A stretch of 32,000 bases of DNA from an archaeon (GTDB lineage: Archaea > Iainarchaeota > Iainarchaeia > Iainarchaeales > JANQMZ01): positions 360,001 through 392,000 of the forward strand of contig JANQMZ010000007.1 of assembly GCA_028279805.1 (NCBI GenBank), written 5' to 3'. Position numbers and translations under genes: made by a program. Below, piece after piece: positions 10,401 through 21,000 of the stretch. The first letter of the stretch is position 1. Each line of letters begins with the position of its first letter. The notes under the pieces are model-generated. The model saw nothing but the letters and a program-made list of their open reading frames with translations, had not been told where the DNA came from and searched no databases.

Positions 10401-13400
10401 TAGAACCGGGAGAACCTTTGACTGTTAGTGTTGAAAAAGCAGAATTTGAAACACTTGAAGAAACAGTTAATGTTGATTCAAGGGTTGTAGTAATTGACCC
10501 GAACAGTTTAGGCGTTTCATTAAACACAAAAACAGTTTTTTCACAGCAAAAATTTGTTGTAATAAAAAATGAAACAGAGCTTGATTTGAAAATCAAAAAA
10601 GTTGAAATTGAGGGAGACTTCAGAGGATATTTGGATGAAACAGGAATGCAGGACTGGCTGGATTCACAGTACAGCAACAACATCATAGAGGCTGAGGAGG
10701 ATCTGCCTTTAACGTTAAATTTTTCATTAAGCGAGTTGGGAAAAAGCCTGGCAAAAACAGAATCATTGGACGGATTTTTTAACGTGGAGGTTACAACAGG
10801 AGCAACAGACTTTGTTGAAAGCATTCCGGTTAAAATGTCAATAGGGGTTGGAGGAGAAGTTGATAATCCTAACTGTTTTGTTGTGACAAAAAGAAACTGG
10901 GAAACAGGAACAGAGGGTTCCGAAAGAATTTTATCATTTGAAATTGAAAACAATTGTGCAATAAAAGGACAGCCTGTTCCTCTGAAAAATTTAAGCGCAA
11001 TGGTTAAGTGGAATTCAAATCACGTGGGAGATTTTTCACTGCAGGTCGGAGCAAGCCAGCAGGCAGGCCCAAGCCAGATTGAATTAACATCAGGTTTCTT
11101 TAAACTTGTCAGAAACATTGTTGAGGCTGGGGAAAGCATTCCGGCTTCATTAACATTTGTTCCGGACGGAGGAGTTTTGGGAGAAGCAAATGCCACAATA
11201 ATTATCAGGGCAGACAATGAAAAAGCAGGCGGAGCACAGGTTTTGGAAGATAAAATCAATGCAAAAATTGATGTTATAAATTTAACAGAATGCATAAGGT
11301 TTGACAGGGACATTGTAAACCTGAAAGAAGGGAAAGACAGCAAATTTAAAGTTGAAACAAAGTCATGCGGGGGCAAAGTTGACTTTAAATTTGAAAGTCC
11401 TCTTGATATTGACCCGCCTGAAATAACATTACAGGCAACCGATTCAAAAAGCATTACAATTCTGGCAGATGAACAATGGATTACAGGGCAATACCCTATT
11501 TATGTTCTGGCTCGGGGTACACAAGATACACAGTTTTCTTTAAGAAAATTAATCAGGGCAAGAATTCCTTCAACAGGATGTTTTGAATTAAGCTCATACG
11601 AATATGACATTTATGATTCAGCTGATTCGCCTTATGACGGGTTTGATGTAGGAATTTTAACAAACAGATGCAAGGAAACACAGGTTGATGTGACAATACA
11701 GTTTGATGAAAGAGACTGGATGAAAGCAATGGAAGAAGGATTAAAATGGGGTTTAGTCGGAGGAGTTTTAGGATTATTAAATGACGGAGATTTGGATGAC
11801 ATTTTTGACGACCTTCTTGGCAAAAAGAAAAAAGACAATGTAGCAACACAGCCGGAATCATCATCAGGTGAAGAAACAAGCGAGGAAGAAAATGAAGAAA
11901 CACCTGAGGAAACTGAAACAATTGAAGAACAGCAAAGCGAGGAATCACAGGGATTTTTGGTTGACGGTTACTGCGGGGCTGTTGAAGGAGGAATAATACC
12001 CGACTTTATGAATCTTTGCGGTGAAGAAAAAGCTGTAGAGACATCAACCCCAACAGAAGCTCCGATAGAACAGCCTGTTTTGACCGGCAGTGAAGCTTTA
12101 ATGAATGAAGCACTGGAAGCATCAGGATTGCCGATAAGCTTAAGTGAATTGGAGAGCGATTATCCAAACGATTATGATTTGTTCAAAAATACTGTTGAAA
12201 CGGAGAACGAAGGTGCAAACTTTTATTTTGACGGCACAAGATTCTGGACTGTTAACCAGGTGCTGGACAAAATTCACGGAGAACTTGTAAGTGACGCTGC
12301 AAGAGAAAATGCACCAACAGCAACAAATGAAACGGTTGCAACAGAAGAACAGGAATGCCCCGAAGGGCAGTACTGGAATCCGAATAACGGAACATGTGAA
12401 GAGGAAGTTGAGTTTGCAGCGGAAAATGAATCATTGTTAAGGGAACCTGTTGGATTGTTTGTGTTTGCAGGAAATGAAACAGGAATTGATTCAGAAGAAA
12501 AAATAACAGAAGAATCTGAAAATGTTGTTGCGAGTGTTAACCCTGTTGGATTTATTTCACTTGGAGGAATTTTTGAAGGCGGCGGAATCGGAAACGTTTG
12601 GGATATTTTAACGGAAATGGTTGCAGACCCTTTAACAGGATTTACAAACGGATTTTTGATCGGAACATTGTTAACATATTTTGATATGGAAAGCGGAACA
12701 ATTCAGGGAACAGTTATTGTTGAAGACATTAATGTTTCAACAACAACTCCTTTGGAATTATTGGAACCGCCTGGAAGAAATGATATTCCTCTTGCAAGAA
12801 ACATTACTGTTATGGCAGGAGAGGAAAGAACTCAAAGGAATTTGCAGGATATTGCGTTAAGACAGGGAAGAGTTGAATTAATATTTGAAAATGCAGGCAA
12901 CGAAGTGCAGGATAATCCGTTTACACCAATATTCGGAGTATTAAAAGTAACAGGTGAAGAAATTGAATATGTTACAAATTACAGCAATAATAATAGAAGT
13001 GTGCTTGCGGAAGGAAAATTAAGAGAAAAAGAAAGAAAAGATTACAGTGAAAAATTCCACATACAGTTCAATTCTTTTTCACCGGAAGAACAGCCTCCTG
13101 AATTAATTGAAACAAAGTCATGCCAGATTAGAAACCTGAGAGGAGAAACAGGAATAAATGCAAGGCCAAAAGTTTTAATGGAATGGAACTGGTCAGATGT
13201 TCAGGAAAATGCATGTGATTCCGATGGCCTGGGCAATTATTGTGACGCAACACAGTTTTCAATCACTTTACTGAAAAAAATAAAAGAAATAAATGATTTT
13301 TTGGAAACAAGTGCTCCGTTTGAATGCCCTACAAGCACAACAGCTTTAAGTGAAGCTGAACAGGATTTGGATGATTTCAGCAAAGACGTTGCAATAACAG

Positions 13401-15025
13401 GATTAAAAGCACAGCCATCAGCAAATGATTACAAGTTAACAGCAGAACTGGCAAGCAACAACCAGTTTTCAATGGATGTGGATGTAGAATTTGTAATAAA
13501 CAGAATTGATACAACAACAACGGTAACCTGTGAAGAAGGGAATGAACAAACTGTTAACATGACAAGCTTCAGGAATGTTGAATGCACTTTGGTTGGAATA
13601 AACAACGGAGAATTTGAAGCAACTGTTAATATTACACCTGATTTAAGCAGCTGCAGCGGAGGCACCTGTCTGAATGGAGACCTGGACAATGATGATTTGT
13701 CTTTAACTTTTGCCACTGCAGACCAGGGAGAAGGATTACAGCAATGCGAGCCTTATAGTACAGCAAGGCTTGGAGAATTTATGGCAGCCACAGGCCTGGA
13801 AGATTCAGGAATTTTGAAAAAAACAAGCTTTAATGCAAACCTGATGAGAGACGGTTATACGCATGATTTCCAGAAAGACTTTCACGAGTTTGCCACAACA
13901 AAAGCATTTTTCCAGACACCCGGTTATTATGAAAGTGAAGGATTAGGAGAATATTTTTCAAACCCGGATTTGTTCAAATTTGACTCGCCTTTACTGGTAA
14001 GCCCGAATTCACCACTGCCGGCAGGCAAGTACAGGGTTACAATTGACATAACATATGATGATGATTCATGGGAATTGTTTGAAAATGACCAGCCAAATGC
14101 AAAAATTACAGTTGAATTGGAAAAACTGGCAACACCTCAGCCGGATTCACCGTTTTATTATCTGCCGTTTAACGGTTTGGTCGGAGTTGACACTGCAAAC
14201 GGAAGGCAGGGTTATGGTGTGAATTATGTGCAGGGAACACAGGAAGAAATAAGAATAAATGACGATGTACAACAGCTTGTTGTAAGTGAATCAATTCCAA
14301 ACTCTAATCCGGTTCAGAACGGTTTGATTACAACAAGAAAAATTGAAGATTTCAGAACGCTTAACATGGATAACAGGGGAATTGTTTTGGATGTTTCAAG
14401 AACCGGAAGCACTAATGCTTTAACATTCAGCCCTGGAAGAGCTTCACCTCTGTTAATGAAAGTCACAGGAGGAGACAGTGACAAAGCTTATGCATTTTAT
14501 TCAATGAATTTAGGCGGAACACCACAGGATATTGGTTCGTCCTTAACAGTCTGGGACGGAATAACAAGAGGATGTAAAGATTTCCTGGATCAGGAATTAA
14601 GTGAACATTACCTGCAGAGAACAGATGTTCAGGGTGGGGTAGGATTAACAGAATGTTCCGGAACATTTGACCAGACAGAATATGGATTGGAATGGTGCAA
14701 TACTAAAAACAGCGGAGATGTTTACCTGCAAACCGTTTTCTTCACACCTTTAAACAAAACAGCAACATTAAGCATGATTTCATCACAGGACGACGCAGTG
14801 TTTTATGATGCCGGAAGCAATGAAACAACACAGGTTGACTTGGATCAGTCAGCTCAGACAATTGACAATGTAAAAGCTGTGCTGGATTTAATAACATCTG
14901 AAGATGTTTGTGTTAACGGATTCGGAAACGGGTCAGCTGCAAGATTTTTCTGGAACCCTGAAAAAATAATTAACGGTGCATACAGCGGGGTTAAAGCTGC
15001 AATACCGGCTTCATGCATACAGTAA
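7406..15025 (+). CDS. Giant membrane-anchored surface protein, copy 2 (2539 aa): cytosolic head, N-terminal TM, extracellular Ig/CarboxypepD_reg-like repeats, acidic linker and conserved C-terminal module
   Basis: Full ORF with SD-like GAGGTAATTAAGAATG. N-terminus is MGLADGFKDLYYKWEDKWYGFLDKVQERIPVYKVIDPIDKVVPSFALFSGIILILVGWGLFALVFG. Repeats such as 'LQAVVKDQDGNPVADAKVSLFDD...TNSEGEAVFSGVQTGSYKV'. Confidence 0.93.
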   Translation: MGLADGFKDLYYKWEDKWYGFLDKVQERIPVYKVIDPIDKVVPSFALFSGIILILVGWGLFALVFGTIQQSVFSVQIVDADGQPVEGINVSFSYNETTDTFPTNQSGSTAPVTVTPGTNVTVSFFASGFGEIEKNYTTEGGLDRRRIPLTERDAGQRVYRFQVLDSLNRPVDTSVRLEFDCSNASATAPDDQTVFESNVEVPVPNDCGQLSVKAYASGYDSGSRQNVSDGGQILLAGEETGLLPAGSGELNVNLTFNSLRVLDLVNVQVYKSTLGEGVKYDSGTSVSGEINFVLPAGNYYIVTDATTKYASARTLAFLVQEGQTISVDVALSGSVDGFIKVKPVDKISGAELDDTGITVKKDGQEVCFVTTTEQDSTVQCGGKESEEYTLIGYKEGYCREVKENVLISDNVITLKMTRDTGQCGGKLQAVVKDQDGNPVADAKVSLFDDERKSLGFLERITNSEGEAVFSGVQTGSYKVFAYKGQFSGWSDAQRFVRDFDDETLYEVSMLIPDGTIRVVVKNEDGEPEQFSTVLLVDGITWKAVEGPLPVTSPDGVLDIVTKADKDVFAVVTKNDFADFTSRVYNVKPESVQEINVTLEPEIISGDLDVKFLGLFKGDLIAQVVQPGKEYAARFQLRIPENKGYDELGLHVRTGHSNAMETDEWFIKKLNAPEASDERSTAFNPEEGQEHDEEFVSRAGSKWVNILWHDFDNRTGIIESEVIVKVKENAGEEPFLPLRWRAWGEDGGEIIRSPKDNSLGTSSSASDLYANTNGEEFEVGSETLCSDVWCFNANILDVSENLVETVSDSYTAKHNTLYKLTFSVLNNSQFDTDSFNDAQLQIINDDEAILIGEYSVTGADGSTITNDLSDYETPLINAGDVKPRKDVSGYFFFKPELSVNSDLVLQVRSGNRIRFEKTITVDILAPNSFNMEFEHDDKFSQQPPILKSGIEQNLRVRASDAANGEFVQNADIKAKNRFGDVLVTATTNELGIGVLSLPALEPGEPLTVSVEKAEFETLEETVNVDSRVVVIDPNSLGVSLNTKTVFSQQKFVVIKNETELDLKIKKVEIEGDFRGYLDETGMQDWLDSQYSNNIIEAEEDLPLTLNFSLSELGKSLAKTESLDGFFNVEVTTGATDFVESIPVKMSIGVGGEVDNPNCFVVTKRNWETGTEGSERILSFEIENNCAIKGQPVPLKNLSAMVKWNSNHVGDFSLQVGASQQAGPSQIELTSGFFKLVRNIVEAGESIPASLTFVPDGGVLGEANATIIIRADNEKAGGAQVLEDKINAKIDVINLTECIRFDRDIVNLKEGKDSKFKVETKSCGGKVDFKFESPLDIDPPEITLQATDSKSITILADEQWITGQYPIYVLARGTQDTQFSLRKLIRARIPSTGCFELSSYEYDIYDSADSPYDGFDVGILTNRCKETQVDVTIQFDERDWMKAMEEGLKWGLVGGVLGLLNDGDLDDIFDDLLGKKKKDNVATQPESSSGEETSEEENEETPEETETIEEQQSEESQGFLVDGYCGAVEGGIIPDFMNLCGEEKAVETSTPTEAPIEQPVLTGSEALMNEALEASGLPISLSELESDYPNDYDLFKNTVETENEGANFYFDGTRFWTVNQVLDKIHGELVSDAARENAPTATNETVATEEQECPEGQYWNPNNGTCEEEVEFAAENESLLREPVGLFVFAGNETGIDSEEKITEESENVVASVNPVGFISLGGIFEGGGIGNVWDILTEMVADPLTGFTNGFLIGTLLTYFDMESGTIQGTVIVEDINVSTTTPLELLEPPGRNDIPLARNITVMAGEERTQRNLQDIALRQGRVELIFENAGNEVQDNPFTPIFGVLKVTGEEIEYVTNYSNNNRSVLAEGKLREKERKDYSEKFHIQFNSFSPEEQPPELIETKSCQIRNLRGETGINARPKVLMEWNWSDVQENACDSDGLGNYCDATQFSITLLKKIKEINDFLETSAPFECPTSTTALSEAEQDLDDFSKDVAITGLKAQPSANDYKLTAELASNNQFSMDVDVEFVINRIDTTTTVTCEEGNEQTVNMTSFRNVECTLVGINNGEFEATVNITPDLSSCSGGTCLNGDLDNDDLSLTFATADQGEGLQQCEPYSTARLGEFMAATGLEDSGILKKTSFNANLMRDGYTHDFQKDFHEFATTKAFFQTPGYYESEGLGEYFSNPDLFKFDSPLLVSPNSPLPAGKYRVTIDITYDDDSWELFENDQPNAKITVELEKLATPQPDSPFYYLPFNGLVGVDTANGRQGYGVNYVQGTQEEIRINDDVQQLVVSESIPNSNPVQNGLITTRKIEDFRTLNMDNRGIVLDVSRTGSTNALTFSPGRASPLLMKVTGGDSDKAYAFYSMNLGGTPQDIGSSLTVWDGITRGCKDFLDQELSEHYLQRTDVQGGVGLTECSGTFDQTEYGLEWCNTKNSGDVYLQTVFFTPLNKTATLSMISSQDDAVFYDAGSNETTQVDLDQSAQTIDNVKAVLDLITSEDVCVNGFGNGSAARFFWNPEKIINGAYSGVKAAIPASCIQ

Positions 15026-15067
15026 CGGAGTTTAAATTAATGAAATGGCTTTTTCAAAGGCGTTGTA

Positions 15068-18000
15068 ATGGGTTTAAAGGAAATTTATTTTGAGTGGGAA
15101 AATAAATGGTACGATTTTTTAGACAAGGCTAATGAAAAAATTCCTATATACAAAATAATTGACCCTGTTGACAAAATTGTCCCAAGTTTTGCATTGTTTT
15201 TGAGCATTATTGGAATTCTTGTTTTATGGGGAGCTTTTATTTTGTTATTGCCCGGCGTTGCATTAACATTAACATTTGAAGATTCTTTGGGAAACCCGGT
15301 TTCAGGCTTAAATGTTACATATTCTTTTGGAGCCGGAACAGCTACAGCGTTAACCAATTCAAGCGGAATGCTTGACCTGCGCGTTCCTCCAAATTCAACT
15401 GTTGAAATAATTGTGGAAGAACAGACTGTGAACGGAACAGGTATTCAGAGAAAAACTGAATTTTTTGAAATGGGAGAGGAAAATTTAAGCAGAACAGTTT
15501 CTTTGAGAACGGGTTCGGCTTTGTTTTCAGGTGAAAAAACTTTAATTTTTGAAGATGCTTTTGGAATAATAACAGGAGAACCAATTAAAGCAAACTTTTC
15601 ATGCTCTGATTCTTCAGTGGAAGACTGGGTTAAAGAAGATTCGGATGAAGACGGAAGAATTTCATTTGAAGTGCCGGAAGAATGTGAAAGGCTTACCATA
15701 AATGTAAACGAATCAGAATATGAAGCCAAAACAATTGTTTTTTCAGGTGAAGAAACACAGGTTGTTGTTCTTGTAAAAGAAATGCCTCCCGGAGGAACAC
15801 TTGAAGTTGAAATAAGAGATGAAAATGATAAAATTGTTTCATCAGATTTTTTGATAACAGTAACAGGCCTGGATGAAACACAAAAACAAAATGTTTCTTA
15901 TGGTGCAACAGCATTTGAAGATTTGATTCCCGGAACATACACTGTTAGTGTTTCAGACAACAGCGGAGAATACAGTTCGGGTTATGTTTCAAGCGTTGTG
16001 GTTAATTCAGGTGAAACAACAAAAACAGAGATTCTGATAAGCAAAAACATTAAAGGAACAATAAAAGTAACAGTAAAAGACAAGGTTTCCGGAAGCATTG
16101 TTGAAAATGCAGTTGTACAATTACAGGATGAATTAGGCGTTTTAATAACTGAAAAAAACACGGGAGAATTGGCTGAAACAGTTCAATTTTTGTTGTTTGA
16201 AGGAACCGATTTTCAGGTTATGGCAAAAAAAGCCGGAGACATTGGAACAGGTTATTTTGCAAACATTGTTGAAAATGTTAAGCTGAATGACAATATTATA
16301 ATAGAAATTGAAAAAATGACTCCTGCCAATACCGGCAGAATAAAGGTAAATGTAACAGATGAATCCGGAAAAAAAGTTTCAGGTGCACTGGTTTATTTAA
16401 GATATGCTGAAGATGACAGCATTATTAACATTTCAGATTCTGATGCAATAGGAAACGCAAAAGAAACAGATTTGGAAGGAGAAGCAAATTTTTTGCTGAA
16501 TGTTTTTGACAAAGAAGTTTACCCTTTTGCAGTTAAATATCCGGCGCAGGCCGGTTCAAAAGAAAATGCAAGACTTCTGGATGAAAGAGAGGAAAATGTT
16601 TTCAATATTCAGATGGTTATCGGGGAAAGTGTTTTGAAAATAAAAGCGGTTGATGAAACCGGTTTGCTTGTACCGGAATCATTTTACCAGATTTTTAAAT
16701 CAAACGGGGAAAAACTTGTGGGAACACAGACACTTGTGACCGGGGAAGGGTCGTATACTTTAAAAGCTGATGAAAAAATTTTTATAATTGCAGAAAATGA
16801 AAATTTTCAGTCATACCAGAGCAATGTAATACAGTTATGGCCAAAACAGGATTTTGAAATAACCGCAAAACTGTTGCCAAAACTTTTGGCAGGCCCTCCT
16901 GAAATAAAATTTTTAGGATTATTTAATGATAAAAAATCCGTTACAACACCTTTGGCCGGAAAAACTTATTCCGCAAGATTTGAATTAACAATGCCCGTGG
17001 GGGAAGATATTGACAAAGCCGGAGTGCATGTGAGGGCAGGTGATACAAAATATTTTGAAAATGACGCGTTATACATTAACAATGTAAAAGCTTCAAATTA
17101 TTCGGCTGTAATAAGAGGAAAAAGTTTTGATTCTCCTCTTGGAGAAAATGAAGAATTAACAGAGGGGAAGGCAAAATGGGTTAACATTGAATGGGAAAAC
17201 CCGTTAAAAACAACAACAGAATTTGAAGTTGATTTGACTGTTAAGCCTGATACTGAAAGCCAGGAACCGTTGCATTTGAATTACAGGGCCTGGATTAAAA
17301 CAGGTGATGGAAAAATTTTAAGACAACCTGAAGACATTGTCCTGGGGCTTGGAGGAAGTAATGCAACACGCAATGAATTGTATGCTGAAACCGAATCAGC
17401 TTTATGGTTTGAGGGCGTGAACAACTTATGTTCAGGAGAATTTTGCCTGGATTTGGAAGAATTATTCGGGTTCAGGGAACAATTGTTTGTTGAAAAAAAA
17501 GATGTAATTGTTTCATCCGATTATAATTATTCTTTCAGGATAAGAAATGATTCTGATGACAAATATGATTCAGTTGAATTTTTTGCCGAAAGCATTGATT
17601 TGGACGGAGAACAGGATGACGGATTATTGTTAAAAGATTATAAAATTAAAACAGGTTCAGGCAACTTTGTTCAGGGCTCTGAATTAAATGGTTTTAAAAT
17701 TGACGGAGTTGACCTGGAAGAATTTTCAAAAGGAGAAAGCATTACTGGGGAAATTACTTTAATGCCTCAGAAAGCCAAAGCAAACCATTTGAGAATATGG
17801 ATTGTGGCTGACAAAAGAATTGTTTTCGATTCAGAGGAAGAAAATAAATTGATTTTTAATGCGGAAGATGAAGATGTTCTGAATATGGAAATTGTTCCGG
17901 AAACAATTCCTGCTTTTCTGGGAACTGAGTTAAGCATTAATTTTACGGATGAAAAAGACAAGGCTGTTGAAAACGTTTTAGTTTCAGTTAAAATTAATGC

Positions 18001-21000
18001 TCCGGGCTATTCAAATACTTTGAATTATTCTTCAAATGAATTTGGAAATGTTAAAGTTAATTTGCTTGGAAGGCCTCCGGGAACAACAATAAAAATTACA
18101 GGCCAAAAAACAGGGTTTAAACTGGCAGTAAAAGAATTTGAAATAAATCCGGACCCTTTAACCGTTTCAGGAAAATTAAACTTTTCACTTAACACTCAAA
18201 CAGTAAAAGAAGATTCAAAAGAAATAACAATAAAGAATGAAACAGCTGAAGATTTTGAAATAATTGACATGTTTTTGAGCATTGAAAATGTTCCAGGGAT
18301 TGAAGCATTGGACCAGGGAAGAATTTTGGCACATTTGGAGTCACTGGAAGGCATAATAGTTGAACAGGATTCTGAAAAACTTTTAACAATCAAGGCAATG
18401 TTAAGGCAGGATGCACAACAATTAATTTCAGACAATGTAAGCCTTGACGGCACTCTGACAATAATTGTGAAAAATAACAGGTTTAATTTTAACCATGCTC
18501 TGACTCTTGATGAAAAAATTTCAATAAAAGTAGGCGCAACACCGGATGATATTGGAAACGGATGTGTTTTTGTTGAAGGAATAAATGTTCCTGAATGGGA
18601 GTCATCAACGCTTGGTTCTCCTGCAAGAACACAGTTTGACATTATAAACAGATGCCGTTCAGGTTCTGTTCCAATAGAACTGGAAAAAATAAGGGCAAAA
18701 TTAAATTTGGGTGCAACACCATCCGGAATGGGAACAGTTAACCTGCAGATTGGTTCCACAACAAGTGAATTGCCTCCAAACAGGTGGGTTGATATTTTGT
18801 TCGCAGTTGAACCTGAAAAACCTTATTCTGCAACTTTGATTTTTACTCCGAGAGCAACCCAAAACTTTTTGGGGGAAAGAGCAGATTTTGAAATTGAATG
18901 GGATGCAATTGTAATAGCTGACGGAAAAGAAACATCTGTTGAAGTTGTTAAAGACATTCAGGCAGAAATAGGAATTCTGGATTTACAGCAATGCCTTGAG
19001 TTTGATGGAAGAGTTGTGCTTGGAAGCTTTAGGGATACAACTGATTTTTCAATTGAAAATGTTTGCAACAATGTTACACTAAATATTGATTTGTGCAAAA
19101 ATGACCCGGGATGCAAAGGAGGTACAACCGAGGGAGGAATAGAATTTCCGGATTCGAGAGATAGACGATTTAATCTGGCTTCAGGTGAACAAAGAATAAT
19201 TGAGGTTGGACGAGGGCCAAGAGATATTCCGGGAATTTACGGAATAGGAATTCATGCAGGAGTACGGGGCGGGAACACAGCATTCCGTTCCCAGATAAAA
19301 GCCGGAGAAATTGATTTAATTGTTGAACCATCACCATCAGATTATTTTTATTTTAAAAACCATAATTATGATTTTGAATTAATTGGTTTGGGAGCATCGG
19401 ATGAAAAAACACTTGTAAACACAATGTTACTGGAAACACCGAGAATAAGGGCAAATTATTGCCAGCTTGACAGAGCAGCAGGAAGCAATACTTATTATGA
19501 AGAATCTTTTCAGGTTGCTACAGCCATACTAACCGTTGGAGGTTTGTCAGCATGGCTTCCGGCAGTAATAGCAGTTGGTGTGGCAGCATTGCTTGACCTG
19601 TTTGGAATTGGTGACACGGATTGCAGTGACCGGTCGGATGTTGTTCCATGGCAGGATTTTGTGATAAGATTGGGTGATAATATTGAAAGTGATTGTGGCA
19701 CAATTACAACTGACCGAGGAATAATTGAAGTTCAGGGCTTTAATGATTTTACAGGGGAATGGGTTGGCCCTGCTGAAACAAGCAAAATTGGTTCAAATTT
19801 AAGTGAAGAAATTGGGTTAAAGTTTACAAACAATTCAGGAGCAGAATTTGAAAAACCAACATATGCAATCGGAGTAATACAGGCAAAAGAACATATTCAT
19901 GGTGATTCTCTGCATACCTGGGACATTAATCCGGGGCAAAAGCCTCATGATATTCGCGGGAAAGGAAGATTGTGTCCGACATTTGTTCCGGACAGTGACA
20001 CTACAACATATGAGCAAAAATTGCATTTAAGGTTTAAAACAAAAGCATTGCCTGAAGAAGGATTAATTGCAAAAGAAGCACAGCAATGCGTGTCAGACTT
20101 TAAAGTGGGGCACACCGGTTCAAATGCTTTGCCAAAAATTGAATTAAACTGGGAATGGGGTTCAAACGGAATTCAGGCTGACTCATGTGATGCTGATAAT
20201 CCTGAAGGAATTTACTGTGATGCAACACAGTTTTCAATAGCTTTAAGCAAAAAAATTAATACTTTTGATGAATTTTTAGCTGCAAACAATTACGATTTTG
20301 CATGCCCTGACAACTGGCCTGACATTCAGGCAAATGAAGCTGCTGAAAATGAAAATAATGAAAATTCAAGCCAGTCAATTCAAAACGGAAAAATTGGTTT
20401 AAGTAACCTGGCTCACAGCCTGTCAGGAGAAAATGCAACAATAATTGCAACAATTCAGAATAAAGGTTCGGAAGCTTCAACTGCAACCGTTTCAATGACA
20501 ATAAATGGCCCGGATGGTTATTCTGATTCATGTGATGTTACAAGCGGGAGCATTGATTCTGGAAACAATGCAAATGTTGAATGTGATTTCACAGGATTAA
20601 AAGTTGTGCCTGACGATTTTTATTCAGTGGCAGCACAGGTTACAGATTCAAATCCTGTTGAAAAACAGGACTCTGTTCTGACAAGAACTTTTACAAACTT
20701 TGGTTCAAGCTCAAGCTGTTGGCTTGAGAGAAGCACAAGAAAAGTTGGAGAAACACAGTTAATTGAATTATGGTTAAATGAAAACCTGGCTCAAACCGGG
20801 CAATACGTAAATGAAAACAATGTTGTCTGGACAACAAATGTGTCTGGCTTTGAAGCATTGCATGACTTGCTGCATTTCAGGGCTCAATTAATCAGGGATG
20901 GTTATACTTCTGATTTCAGAAAAGATTTTGCAGAATTTTATACAACTTCAAGTTTTTTTGATGCACCTGGCTGGTTTGCATCCGATTCAACAGGAAAACT

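Noticed and set aside
7406-15025. Recent tandem duplication or assembly artefact producing repeated giant genes
   Set aside because: Outside short conserved motifs the three genes differ strongly at both DNA and protein level, and each has unique inserts.
15039-15092. Tiny ORF MKWLFQRRCNGFKGNLF overlapping the start of giant copy 3
   Set aside because: Only 17 codons, out of frame with the giant gene, no supporting homology; most likely chance.
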